64,000 nucleotides of DNA, from contig JAUSKD010000003.1 of assembly GCA_030647195.1 (NCBI GenBank), positions 28,724 to 92,723 of the forward strand. The letters run 5' to 3'. A model generated the notes under the pieces. The model had not been told where the DNA came from, did not search any database, and worked only from the letters and a program-made list of their open reading frames with translations. The first letter of the stretch is position 1, and each line of letters opens with the position of its first letter. The translations under genes and the position numbers were made by a program. Below, in pieces: positions 16,623 to 25,301 of this stretch. This DNA comes from Candidatus Peribacter sp. Its GTDB lineage: Bacteria; Patescibacteriota; Gracilibacteria; Peribacterales; Peribacteraceae.

Positions 16623-17804
16623 ATGCCAGGAGAAAATCCCCACCTTCCCGAAGAGAAAGAACCCGCACCCGGCGGAGCGCCCGGCAGCGGTGAGGCGGGT
16701 CCCGTGCAGGCGCAGCAGGATCGCACGCTGGCGTCTTCTCTGCTCGCCACATTCGTCCCGCGGGCAGGCGAGCCCCCGGAGCAGGAGCGCGACCGGTTCA
16801 TCGATGAAGTGCTGATTCCCGCCCTCGAGCGCGGACCGCTTCCCGAGGCGCGCGACCTCATTACAGAGATGACGGAGGTGCTCGAGCGGGGTCTGCCCAC
16901 GCTCGCACAGGCCAGACAATGGATTGCGCACACAGAGACGCTTGTGGCGCGCACCGGGCAGATGCTCCTGGATATCCAACGGGCGACGGGGGGACTGTTG
17001 GGCCCGGTCGGGGCCTTCGCAATGGCGGAGATCGCCCACAGAGGCCCCAAGTACCTGCACATGGTGATCCGATCGGGTTGCTTCGTCATCGCCGAAGCTC
17101 TGGCGAGGGGAGAAACGGAGAAAGCACAGACCGGTCGGAAGTTCATTCTCGAGCACATCGGTGGCATGCAACCTCTTCCTGCCGATGAGCGGTTTATGAT
17201 CCTGCTCCAGAAGTACTCTCTCACGCGGGAGGATTTTCAGAAGTATTTCAGGGATGCAGGGGAAGGCATGCAGGCATTTGGCAGCTTCGGCGCGATTCAT
17301 GGACAGGTGGAACGGCGTTTCTTTCGTACCATCCGTGATGTGCTCGGTATCAAACAGCATGAGTACACGATCGATTGCAACACCAACATTCCTCTCGATC
17401 AGGAAACGGAAGAAATTGTGCCGCGCTTCGGATTGATCGTGGAAGTGCTCGCAGAGCTCATCACGAACGCCCTCAAAGTCATGGAGCAGACGGGGAGCGG
17501 GGGAAAACTGGTCGTTTCCGTCATCCTGCGGAAAAACGGCAGCCTGCTCCTCAAGGTCCGCGACGACGGCCCGGGCATCGGCGACAAAGATCCGGAGGCG
17601 CTCTTCGCCGCCGGCGAAACCACGACGCAGCGGTTCGGCGGGACGGGCATGGGCCTCACGTTCCTGCGCCAGAACATCGAGCGGCACTTTCAGGGATACC
17701 TGACGGCGCAGAAGAATACTGAGATCGACGGAGGATCGGGAATGACCTTTTCCTGCATCCTGCCCCCGGCCGGCGGATGGCCCCGCTCAAGCGAAGACGC
17801 GTGA
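16623..17804 (+). CDS. GHKL/HATPase-domain protein (histidine-kinase-like)
   Basis: C-terminal motifs ELITNALKV, DDGPGIGD and GGTGMGLTFLRQNI. No clear H-box was seen. Confidence 0.6.
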   Translation: MPGENPHLPEEKEPAPGGAPGSGEAGPVQAQQDRTLASSLLATFVPRAGEPPEQERDRFIDEVLIPALERGPLPEARDLITEMTEVLERGLPTLAQARQWIAHTETLVARTGQMLLDIQRATGGLLGPVGAFAMAEIAHRGPKYLHMVIRSGCFVIAEALARGETEKAQTGRKFILEHIGGMQPLPADERFMILLQKYSLTREDFQKYFRDAGEGMQAFGSFGAIHGQVERRFFRTIRDVLGIKQHEYTIDCNTNIPLDQETEEIVPRFGLIVEVLAELITNALKVMEQTGSGGKLVVSVILRKNGSLLLKVRDDGPGIGDKDPEALFAAGETTTQRFGGTGMGLTFLRQNIERHFQGYLTAQKNTEIDGGSGMTFSCILPPAGGWPRSSEDA

Positions 17805-18812
17805 TCAGGTTCCGAAGCGTGCCTGGTACTTGGGATTCCTGAGCATCCGTGCGCCCATCCGGAAGATCCACTTCTGGAAGCGTGGATGCTTTCGGGCACG
17901 GGCCAGCATGCCCTCCCGCAGACGCTTGAGGGCGAGGATGCGCTCCAATTCCGGCATGGAGTACGACGGATCGAGAATGCGCTTTGCCACTTCCTGCCCG
18001 GACGTGAGCGCGAACGCGATGCCCTCGCCGGTCAGCGCCTCGGTCATGCCGGCGGCCTCGCCCGCGAGGTAGATGTTCCCAAATTCCACGCCCTTGTACA
18101 GGACGCCGAGCGGCGCGCCCTTGAGCTGGTCGAGCGTGAACGGAAACCCCATGTCCGCCATGAACGCCCTGAACTCCTTCAGCACTTTCTCAAACGCAAT
18201 CTCGTCCGGGTCGTAGTACGCGCCCACGTTCGTCGTGTTCTCCTGTTTCGGAAAGAACCAGAAGTAGGCCGTGGCAAGCCCCGGCGGATTGAAGTACCAC
18301 AGGACTTTGTCCGTTTTCACGGGGATGTCGAACGTGAAGCCCAGCGTGATCTTCTTCGGCAGCTTCAGAAAGCGGCGAACCATCGAGTCGGTTCCATCTG
18401 CGCCCACGAGCGTTTTGAAGAAGAAGGTTCCCTTGTCTGTCACAACGCTGTCTGACCGGATCTCGGTGACCATCGTGTCCGTGAGGATCGTGATGTTGGG
18501 CGCGCCTTCAATTTCCTTGAGCATAAACTGCCCCAGGTCGAGCCGCGTGATGGAGCGCAGTCTGTGTTTCAGGTGAACGATGGTGTCGTGCCTGCCGATG
18601 CGGATGATGTGCGTTTCGGCGGGGCGGCAGATCGATTCAGGAATGCCGAACGGTTCATCCTGAAACGTCAGTCCTCCACCGCAGGGCTTGGGCCCGATGA
18701 TTTTCTTGCGATCGATGATCAGCACGGACTTGCCCGTGTTCTTCAATGTCCGGGCGCACTGCAGCCCCGCGGGGCCCATGCCGATGATCACGACATCGAA
18801 GTGGTTTTCCAT
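17805..18812 (-). CDS. FAD-dependent oxidoreductase, geranylgeranyl-reductase family
   Basis: Dinucleotide-binding motif FDVVIIGMGPAGLQCA followed by PCGGGL. Start moved to MENHFDVV (18812). Confidence 0.7.
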   Translation of the reverse strand: MENHFDVVIIGMGPAGLQCARTLKNTGKSVLIIDRKKIIGPKPCGGGLTFQDEPFGIPESICRPAETHIIRIGRHDTIVHLKHRLRSITRLDLGQFMLKEIEGAPNITILTDTMVTEIRSDSVVTDKGTFFFKTLVGADGTDSMVRRFLKLPKKITLGFTFDIPVKTDKVLWYFNPPGLATAYFWFFPKQENTTNVGAYYDPDEIAFEKVLKEFRAFMADMGFPFTLDQLKGAPLGVLYKGVEFGNIYLAGEAAGMTEALTGEGIAFALTSGQEVAKRILDPSYSMPELERILALKRLREGMLARARKHPRFQKWIFRMGARMLRNPKYQARFGT

Positions 18813-18889
18813 CTGTTGGGCACTGGTATACCACAAAGCGCACGGGCGGAATAATTCCGTGATCCTCCGAAAAGGGCGTGGAATGAGCG

Positions 18890-18895
18890 TATAAT
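18890..18895 (+). promoter_or_regulatory. Possible -10 box (TATAAT) for ssrA
   Basis: Exact TATAAT about 50 nt upstream of the mature tmRNA 5' end. Confidence 0.3.
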
Positions 18896-18944
18896 GCTGC
18901 CCTCGATCGTTCACAGCATGGGTACTTAAACCCATTAGTCACGT

Positions 18945-19346
18945 GGGGATGATTTGGTTTCGACAGCGTGATACTGGTGGAGTTTCGCTTCTGTTCGGGA
19001 GGGCAACGGTTCCCGCACCCACTGTTGCAAACAATATCTGCCACTGCAGATGTACCGGCGGTCTTTAAGAAGGCGTTCGCGAACTTCACGTTTGCGCCCG
19101 CATTCGCACTGGCTGCCTAAGTCCGTTTCATGCGGACACGTCTCACTCTCGATTCTCGCTACAGGGATGAGGCGTAATCAGCGAGGCAGCGTCGCCGTCT
19201 GATGTCGCGGTGACGCGGTCAACCAGGCATCATCCCTCGCACCTTTCTCTGCTCTTCTCTTAGGGCTGCGAGTACGAGAAGTCCATGACAGCACAAGCAG
19301 CTTCGCTACACGTTGGACCCGGGTTCGATTCCCGGCATCTCCACCA
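18945..19346 (+). ncRNA. ssrA: tmRNA (transfer-messenger RNA)
   Basis: The 5' end GGGGATGATTTGGTTTCGACAGCG and the 3' end GGACCCGGGTTCGATTCCCGGCATCTCCACCA form the tRNA-Ala-like domain. The internal tag frame ends ...FAPAFALAA-TAA (stop at 19118-19120). Confidence 0.9.
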
Positions 19347-19542
19347 TCAACTTCCATAAGAACGACTTTTTGGCTTGCAGAAGACAAGGAAGTTCGACTG
19401 CTCCCGGAAGGTCTTCTCGGGGCAAAAATTGGATTTTGTTTATCTGAAGAGCAAAAGTCGGTTCAAATACCGCTAGCTCGAACTAAGGAGAGCTTCAGAT
19501 TTGTGCAAGGAATTGACGCAAAAGACGTATAATTAAGTTCAA

Positions 19543-20619
19543 ATGATTACAATTACACCTCTCAAAGACAGGAGAATGAATTGGATGAGATCAATTGATC
19601 GCTTAGAAGGCGCTCAAGAGACATACCATGAAAATTGTGAATTGAAGTCTGATTGCTGGATTCCAGGAATTGGAGAATATGCCAATGGTTTCCTGCTCTG
19701 TGGAGGAATTGCAGAGATGAATAAGGATGGTGGCCAGCATTCGTACATTTTGAAGTTGGAATATGCGACTGGGATGGAAGAAACAATAGAAGCTGGAAGA
19801 CGCGGGATTGACCTCTGGCCTTCCAGGGAAATCATTTCTTTGATGTCCCTGCATTTGCATGCAAGGTTTTTCTTATCTTCAACTACAACAGACACCCTTA
19901 CAAGCTCGGGAATTCCGTCACGGACACATCATAAATTTATACAGGGATCATATAAGTTTGACGACGATTCTTTTGTTCCTGATTTGTTTAAGGACAAAGG
20001 CAATCTAACAACGCTTGCTAGTTTTTTAGATGAAATTAGGAATATTCCAGACAGATATCACCGAGATTTAATTTATGCGATCTATAACTACGCTGATGCT
20101 ATTCGCTGGATAGGTTTCGATGAAAAAATCACGTACTTAAAATTGATAATTGCGGTAGAAATTTTGGCAGGTGATGACGAAGAAATTCATGATGAACTGA
20201 ATCTTGAACTCCAAAATAACAAATCTAGAATTCCTGAAGAACTTGCAAAAGAGGTATCGGAATTTCAAAAACAGAGGCGAATCAAAAAGAGCTTCATACA
20301 ATTCATTATGGATCACAAAACAGATTTTCTAGGTTCTCGTAAAAAGACGGATATGTATGTAACAGATGAAAACATTGATAAATATTTAGCGGCTATCTAC
20401 AACAGCAGATCAAATTACATCCACGAAGGTAGACCAATGACAATTAGCTCTCTGAGTCATTATGATTGGGATGTTAGCCCGGGGAAGACAATTCGAGGCA
20501 CTTTGGAGACAGGTGAAAACGAGCAAATTCCCACTGCAGTATTTTTTGAATCATTAGTTCGGCACTGCTTGTTACAATATATCGAAAAGCTGAGGATCCC
20601 TAAACCTACAAAGATTTAA
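19543..20619 (+). CDS. HEPN-like (Rx4H) protein, ApeA/Abi-like putative RNase
   Basis: 358 aa. The C-terminal helical region carries IYNSRSNYIHEG, an R-x4-H motif at 20407-20424. The 3' end overlaps the res 3' end by 14 nt in convergent orientation. TATAAT at 19528-19533 lies 9 nt before the ATG. Confidence 0.4.
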   Translation: MITITPLKDRRMNWMRSIDRLEGAQETYHENCELKSDCWIPGIGEYANGFLLCGGIAEMNKDGGQHSYILKLEYATGMEETIEAGRRGIDLWPSREIISLMSLHLHARFFLSSTTTDTLTSSGIPSRTHHKFIQGSYKFDDDSFVPDLFKDKGNLTTLASFLDEIRNIPDRYHRDLIYAIYNYADAIRWIGFDEKITYLKLIIAVEILAGDDEEIHDELNLELQNNKSRIPEELAKEVSEFQKQRRIKKSFIQFIMDHKTDFLGSRKKTDMYVTDENIDKYLAAIYNSRSNYIHEGRPMTISSLSHYDWDVSPGKTIRGTLETGENEQIPTAVFFESLVRHCLLQYIEKLRIPKPTKI

Positions 20620-22870
20620 GTTCAGATAGCACGTCTTCAGTGTTCTTATTGTGGACAAGAAAGAAATGTAGCTTTCCCTTGCCCAATTTTGCCCACATTT
20701 CACCAATCTTTACTTTGTAAGCTGTATCTTCATTACTTATGCGATCTTCACCTTTCCACTCCAAAGCCACCACAGCCCCTTTCTTGGTTACAGCGATGAA
20801 GTCAGGATAGAACTTGTTTTTCTGCCATCCCTGAATGTAAAAAGGGTCTTTTTTCTCCCTGCTTCTGATCCAAAAATCAATGTTTGGGAGCGTATCTAAA
20901 TCCAAGCGTTCGACAAAGGAGAGCTCTTCTTTGTTAAGCTTATCAATTTTCTTATAGTAATTTTTATTGAAGTCTTGTGGTACTTCTTCAGCGATTGAAA
21001 TTGTTTTTGGAAAGGAATCAAAAGTCTTCGTTGTGATAGCTCCCTTTTTAGCAAGCTCATCAAAGCGTTTCCTGGCGTACTCTTGAAGAACTCCATTTAT
21101 CACTTTATCTAGCTTGTCCATGAGCAAATAGCGATTGACCGAAAGTTCAGAAAGAGAGTGTTTCTTGAGCTGTAAATCGACGGCCTTATCTATAAATTTT
21201 ACCTTGTCGCTCTTTTCAAGAATCGTGAAGCGCATTTTTTTATCAAGCCATTGTACTAACTCCCCCTTTGTGAAATTTTTGTCCTTATAAGTAAGTTTTA
21301 ACATCTGCTGTGCGCCTTTTATCCATTTGTCTTCTTTAATATCAATAACTGCACGACCATCGTTGTCATAATGAATTTCAAAATTAAAATTAGCATCTTC
21401 CTTAGCAAGCTCAAAATCTTCGCCGATCAAATCCTCAAAAGACAGTTTGTCACCATTGAGGCTGACCATCGGTGCTGCAAAATCTTTCTTTACAGCCCTC
21501 TCAATCTCTAATTCGTATTTCTGCTCCTTTTGAGAGGAGTTTAAAAGATCGAATCTACTATAACCATTCGTTTCAAGTCCTGAGATAATCTGCGTGGCAG
21601 CTTCGTTAAAGTTCCTCGCAGAAGCGAAAATATAACATCGGTTCAGATCCTCGTTACTCTTTCTCTTGGCATAAGGCATACGGATAATGCGACCAATAAT
21701 CTGCTCAACTGCAATCTTTGCGCCCACATTAGCAACGGAAATTAGAACATAGGCAAACGAGCAGTCCCAGCCCTCCGCAAGTGCGCTTACGGTAATTATG
21801 TAACGAACTTTGCATTTTTTACTAAAAAGATCGATTCCCTCTAGATCATTTCTTTCAGAAGTTTTGATAGCGATCTCATCTTCGGAAATTTTTGCGTTCA
21901 GCAAATATTCCTTAATCTGCTCAACCGTGACGCTTGGACTAGTTTTGCTTTTTGGCTGCGCTTGTATCAGCGCTATAGGACGGATGTATTCACCTTTAAG
22001 TTTTTTAGCTTCCTTTTCAAGTTCATTTCGCTTTTCAACACCTCTCGCAACAGAATTATTCCATTGTGTTGCACTCTCAAGAACAATAGGAATTTTCACC
22101 ATTTGCTCTTCTTTGAGTTCCGATGCAGAAATATCAACAAGGATATTGCTACCACCTCTCGGCGTAGCAGTGTATTCAATGACAAATGATGGATTAAGCT
22201 CTTTTAGAAAATCTATTGAAAGTTGGGTCTTTGTCTTATGACCTTCGTCAATAACTACCAATGGATTACTCATTCTAACTACATTTGCCAGTGAATTGAT
22301 GACTGTTTTTTGTTCATCCAATTCTAGCCCGTCGCTTTCCGTAATATTTTCGAAGTGGCTTAGTAAGGCACCATTTTCCTGATAAACTTTATATTTATTC
22401 TGCAAAGTCTTTTCTTTGCGGAAGGCATCCAGACTCGACACGATAACGCAGAGGTTATCTGTAATGTCCTCCTTACGGATGCGAAGAGCTTCTTCATTTG
22501 AAAAAACACGAACATTATTTTGGAAGGCTTCATCTAAAATCTGTCGATGCCAGTCGTTCCTATCTTTAAATTTTCTAAGGGTTTGTGTTTTGATCGCTTC
22601 AGACGGGACAAACCACATAATAATGCCGCGTTCCATTTTGTGCTTCAAAAGCTTTCCCATGATTTCATTCACTGCATTACAGCCAACGAGAGTCTTGCCG
22701 CCTCCGGTAGGAATCTTGATGCACACAAAGGGTACATCTCCGAAAAATTCGGCATTGTATGGTTGATTGGTTATCCCCATAAAAGCATATTTTGTTCCTA
22801 CGCGTTCCAGTTCCCTCAAGTAGTCCTTGAGGATATCGAGAGCCTTCTGCTGGTAGTTTTTTAAAATCAT
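20606..22870 (-). CDS. res: Type III restriction enzyme, Res subunit (SF2 helicase plus PD-(D/E)xK nuclease)
   Basis: Walker A KIPTGGGKT, DEAH-like VIDEGHK, motif VI QIIGRIIRMP and the C-terminal nuclease motif FYPDFIAV...ALEWKG. Confidence 0.9.
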   Translation of the reverse strand: MILKNYQQKALDILKDYLRELERVGTKYAFMGITNQPYNAEFFGDVPFVCIKIPTGGGKTLVGCNAVNEIMGKLLKHKMERGIIMWFVPSEAIKTQTLRKFKDRNDWHRQILDEAFQNNVRVFSNEEALRIRKEDITDNLCVIVSSLDAFRKEKTLQNKYKVYQENGALLSHFENITESDGLELDEQKTVINSLANVVRMSNPLVVIDEGHKTKTQLSIDFLKELNPSFVIEYTATPRGGSNILVDISASELKEEQMVKIPIVLESATQWNNSVARGVEKRNELEKEAKKLKGEYIRPIALIQAQPKSKTSPSVTVEQIKEYLLNAKISEDEIAIKTSERNDLEGIDLFSKKCKVRYIITVSALAEGWDCSFAYVLISVANVGAKIAVEQIIGRIIRMPYAKRKSNEDLNRCYIFASARNFNEAATQIISGLETNGYSRFDLLNSSQKEQKYELEIERAVKKDFAAPMVSLNGDKLSFEDLIGEDFELAKEDANFNFEIHYDNDGRAVIDIKEDKWIKGAQQMLKLTYKDKNFTKGELVQWLDKKMRFTILEKSDKVKFIDKAVDLQLKKHSLSELSVNRYLLMDKLDKVINGVLQEYARKRFDELAKKGAITTKTFDSFPKTISIAEEVPQDFNKNYYKKIDKLNKEELSFVERLDLDTLPNIDFWIRSREKKDPFYIQGWQKNKFYPDFIAVTKKGAVVALEWKGEDRISNEDTAYKVKIGEMWAKLGKGKLHFFLVHNKNTEDVLSELKSL

Positions 22871-22879
22871 AAAAATGGG

Positions 22880-24433
22880 TTAATAGACTTTTACTTCGTA
22901 TGGAATCTGCTTAAAAAGCACATTGTATTCGTCCAGTATTTTCTCATCAATCGTACAATTATCTGCATATACAATCTTTTTAGCTTCAGTCTTTCTCAAC
23001 TTTTTGAGGAAGCCTTTGTCTAAAATATTTTTACCCTTCTCTTTATAGATTAAATAATACTCAGTCTCATTGAGTTCACCGATGAAGTTTGTATCCACCT
23101 TAGTACGATCAATATTCGTCTGAGTTTCGGTGAAATAGATATAAGTGGCAAACTGATTAAAGTCACAAGATTCTTCTATTTGCCCATTTTCATTAAAAAG
23201 AGGTTTATCTAACTCGCAGTATTCAAAGCCATCTTTAAAATTGAATTTATCGATGGCCGTTTTTATTCTTTTAGCAGTGATATCTTTTGCAATCGCATCT
23301 TCCATTTCAATAAGAATAAACTTCCGCTTTCCACCATCCTCTTTATTTAACTGAAGTACTGCATGCCCTGTCGTACCAGAACCAGCAAAGGAATCTAAGA
23401 TTAGATCATCAGGGCCTGTGGAAATTTGCAATATGCGATTAATTAGTCTGATTGGCTTGGGTGTATCAAATAAATTTGCCCCAAGAATAGAGTCGATTTC
23501 TTTCTTGGCTTCATCGGTATGTCCAGCATCTTCATGCGGCCACCAGTTATGAGGAGTCATCCCTTGTCGCACCTCCGATAAAAATAATTTTAAGGCAGGC
23601 ACGGTATTATTACCTTTCACTCCCCACCACAAACGATTTTCTTGTATGTGTTTTTTATGAGCGTCTAACTCATATTTCCATGCTTTCTTTGTATTACGAA
23701 TAACCTGTTTTGTATTTGGATTAACAATTTCATAGCATAAATTTGGTCTTTTATCTGGGGATACTTGATTTAGATAATCAACAGCTTTCCATGGTCCACG
23801 AGGATCATTGTCTGGATTTGAGTAACGCTCGATTGATTCTGCAGTTCTTGGAAGAAGGCTATTTTGAAAATTTTCACTCTTAGAATAAACAAGGATATAA
23901 TCAATTATTGTCGCAATTCCTTTAAAATTATTACTCACACTATATTTTCTTTGCCATGTAATACATGCGCGAAAATTTTGTATGCCGAATATTTCATCCA
24001 TTATATGTTTCAATGAAAAGAGCTCGGCATCATCAATGCTTATAAAAATTGCACCATCGTCTCTTAGTAACTGTTTTAACAAGGAAAGCCTTGGATACAT
24101 CATGCAAAGCCATTTATCGTGTCGACACAAATCTTCTGATTCTCTCCCAACAACCTTGCCAAGCCATTTCTTTATTTTTGGAGAATTAACTTTGTCGTTA
24201 TAAACCCAGCTTTCATTGCCAGTATTGTAGGGAGGATCAATGTAGACACATTTCACTTTACCGCCGTAATAGGGCATCAGAGCTTTTAGTGCCTCAAGAT
24301 TATCCCCATGAATAATTAAGTTCTGTGAATCTTTGCCAACTGAGGCTGACTTGACCTTTTTAAGCAAACGAAAGGGAACCTCTTTGTCATGGTTCATTAC
24401 TGCTTCTTTGCCAATCCAGTTAAGAGTGGGCAT
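22880..24433 (-). CDS. mod: Type III R-M DNA methyltransferase, Mod subunit (beta-class amino-MTase)
   Basis: Motif IV VYIDPPYNTG lies N-terminal to motif I DSFAGSGTTGHA. The stop is 9 nt upstream of the res start, giving the typical mod-res order. Confidence 0.9.
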   Translation of the reverse strand: MPTLNWIGKEAVMNHDKEVPFRLLKKVKSASVGKDSQNLIIHGDNLEALKALMPYYGGKVKCVYIDPPYNTGNESWVYNDKVNSPKIKKWLGKVVGRESEDLCRHDKWLCMMYPRLSLLKQLLRDDGAIFISIDDAELFSLKHIMDEIFGIQNFRACITWQRKYSVSNNFKGIATIIDYILVYSKSENFQNSLLPRTAESIERYSNPDNDPRGPWKAVDYLNQVSPDKRPNLCYEIVNPNTKQVIRNTKKAWKYELDAHKKHIQENRLWWGVKGNNTVPALKLFLSEVRQGMTPHNWWPHEDAGHTDEAKKEIDSILGANLFDTPKPIRLINRILQISTGPDDLILDSFAGSGTTGHAVLQLNKEDGGKRKFILIEMEDAIAKDITAKRIKTAIDKFNFKDGFEYCELDKPLFNENGQIEESCDFNQFATYIYFTETQTNIDRTKVDTNFIGELNETEYYLIYKEKGKNILDKGFLKKLRKTEAKKIVYADNCTIDEKILDEYNVLFKQIPYEVKVY

Positions 24434-24486
24434 TTGAAATGAATTTTAGCTGTTTCTTGTCACTAATATAAGCCTAGATTTAACAA

Positions 24487-25209
24487 CTATAATTTTTTCT
24501 CCGTGATTAGCGGTGCCCAATCGATACGTGGTACCGAGACTTGAGCATGTCCAATCGTGGATAACAGCCGCAGCCTTGAATTAAGCCTGTGGTAGTCGAT
24601 CCAGTTTGTAGCTAAATCCATACTTTCAAAATAGGCAGTAGTTCCATCTCGAGAGCCCACAGCAACCTGCAGTGGATTGATACTTCCATTGGCTGTGAAG
24701 TCGTATAGCAATTTGTCGAAAGTGAGTGGCGGCTCGTGATCAACCGCACAGTTTTCTCGGACAATTAAATCGCCTGAGAATGGACAGGTGATCTTCAATG
24801 CTAGATGCGCATCCCGAAAGGCGCGAACGTCTTCGGTAACAGCGGTGCGTGCCGCATTTTTATAGTCCACAAGTCTTTGCGGCTGCAGCACTTTTGTTCG
24901 TTCTCCTCGGAGAAGCTTAATTGCATGATTGAAACTGATATCAATGATCGTGTTGTCAGAGAGCAAGAGCATGAAGCAGCGAGTCGCGTATTGTCCTGTT
25001 CTCTGAACTGTGATTTTCTTTATCCCTTTTAAAGCCTTATCCCCCCACTCGTCATGGTGCTGGAAGAGTTCAATAAGAAAAGGGAGATCTTCATCGGGAA
25101 TAGGCTGCCCATCGGCAATCTTTGCTATGATTTCTCTGCAACGCACTTTGATGCCGTCTTTATTGGAGAATTCTTCGCCAGCGATGGCATAGAAGACTTT
25201 TTCTGGCAT
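24487..25209 (-). CDS. DUF3223-like N-terminal domain fused to a putative HNH/His-Me-finger-like C-terminal domain
   Basis: The N-terminal pattern F..I.GEEFSNK....R..I........I.DEDLPFLIELFQHH....K...GIKKITV......RCF resembles the DCL/DUF3223 domain. The C-terminus has CAVDHEPP...WIDYHRLNSRLRLL...GH. It lies 53 nt upstream of mod on the same strand. Confidence 0.4.
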   Translation of the reverse strand: MPEKVFYAIAGEEFSNKDGIKVRCREIIAKIADGQPIPDEDLPFLIELFQHHDEWGDKALKGIKKITVQRTGQYATRCFMLLLSDNTIIDISFNHAIKLLRGERTKVLQPQRLVDYKNAARTAVTEDVRAFRDAHLALKITCPFSGDLIVRENCAVDHEPPLTFDKLLYDFTANGSINPLQVAVGSRDGTTAYFESMDLATNWIDYHRLNSRLRLLSTIGHAQVSVPRIDWAPLITEKKL

Positions 25210-25217
25210 GGTTGAGG

Positions 25218-25223
25218 ATTATA
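25218..25223 (-). promoter_or_regulatory. -10 box TATAAT (minus strand), 8 nt upstream of ATG 25209
   Basis: Plus-strand ATTATA at 25218-25223; no Shine-Dalgarno. Confidence 0.35.
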
Positions 25224-25301
25224 TAAGCTGTTCACGATTCTTTCTAGGGTACAGTTCTCTCTTGTCGATTAAGTTTTACCTACGTAAGATTGCAATTCCT
25301 T

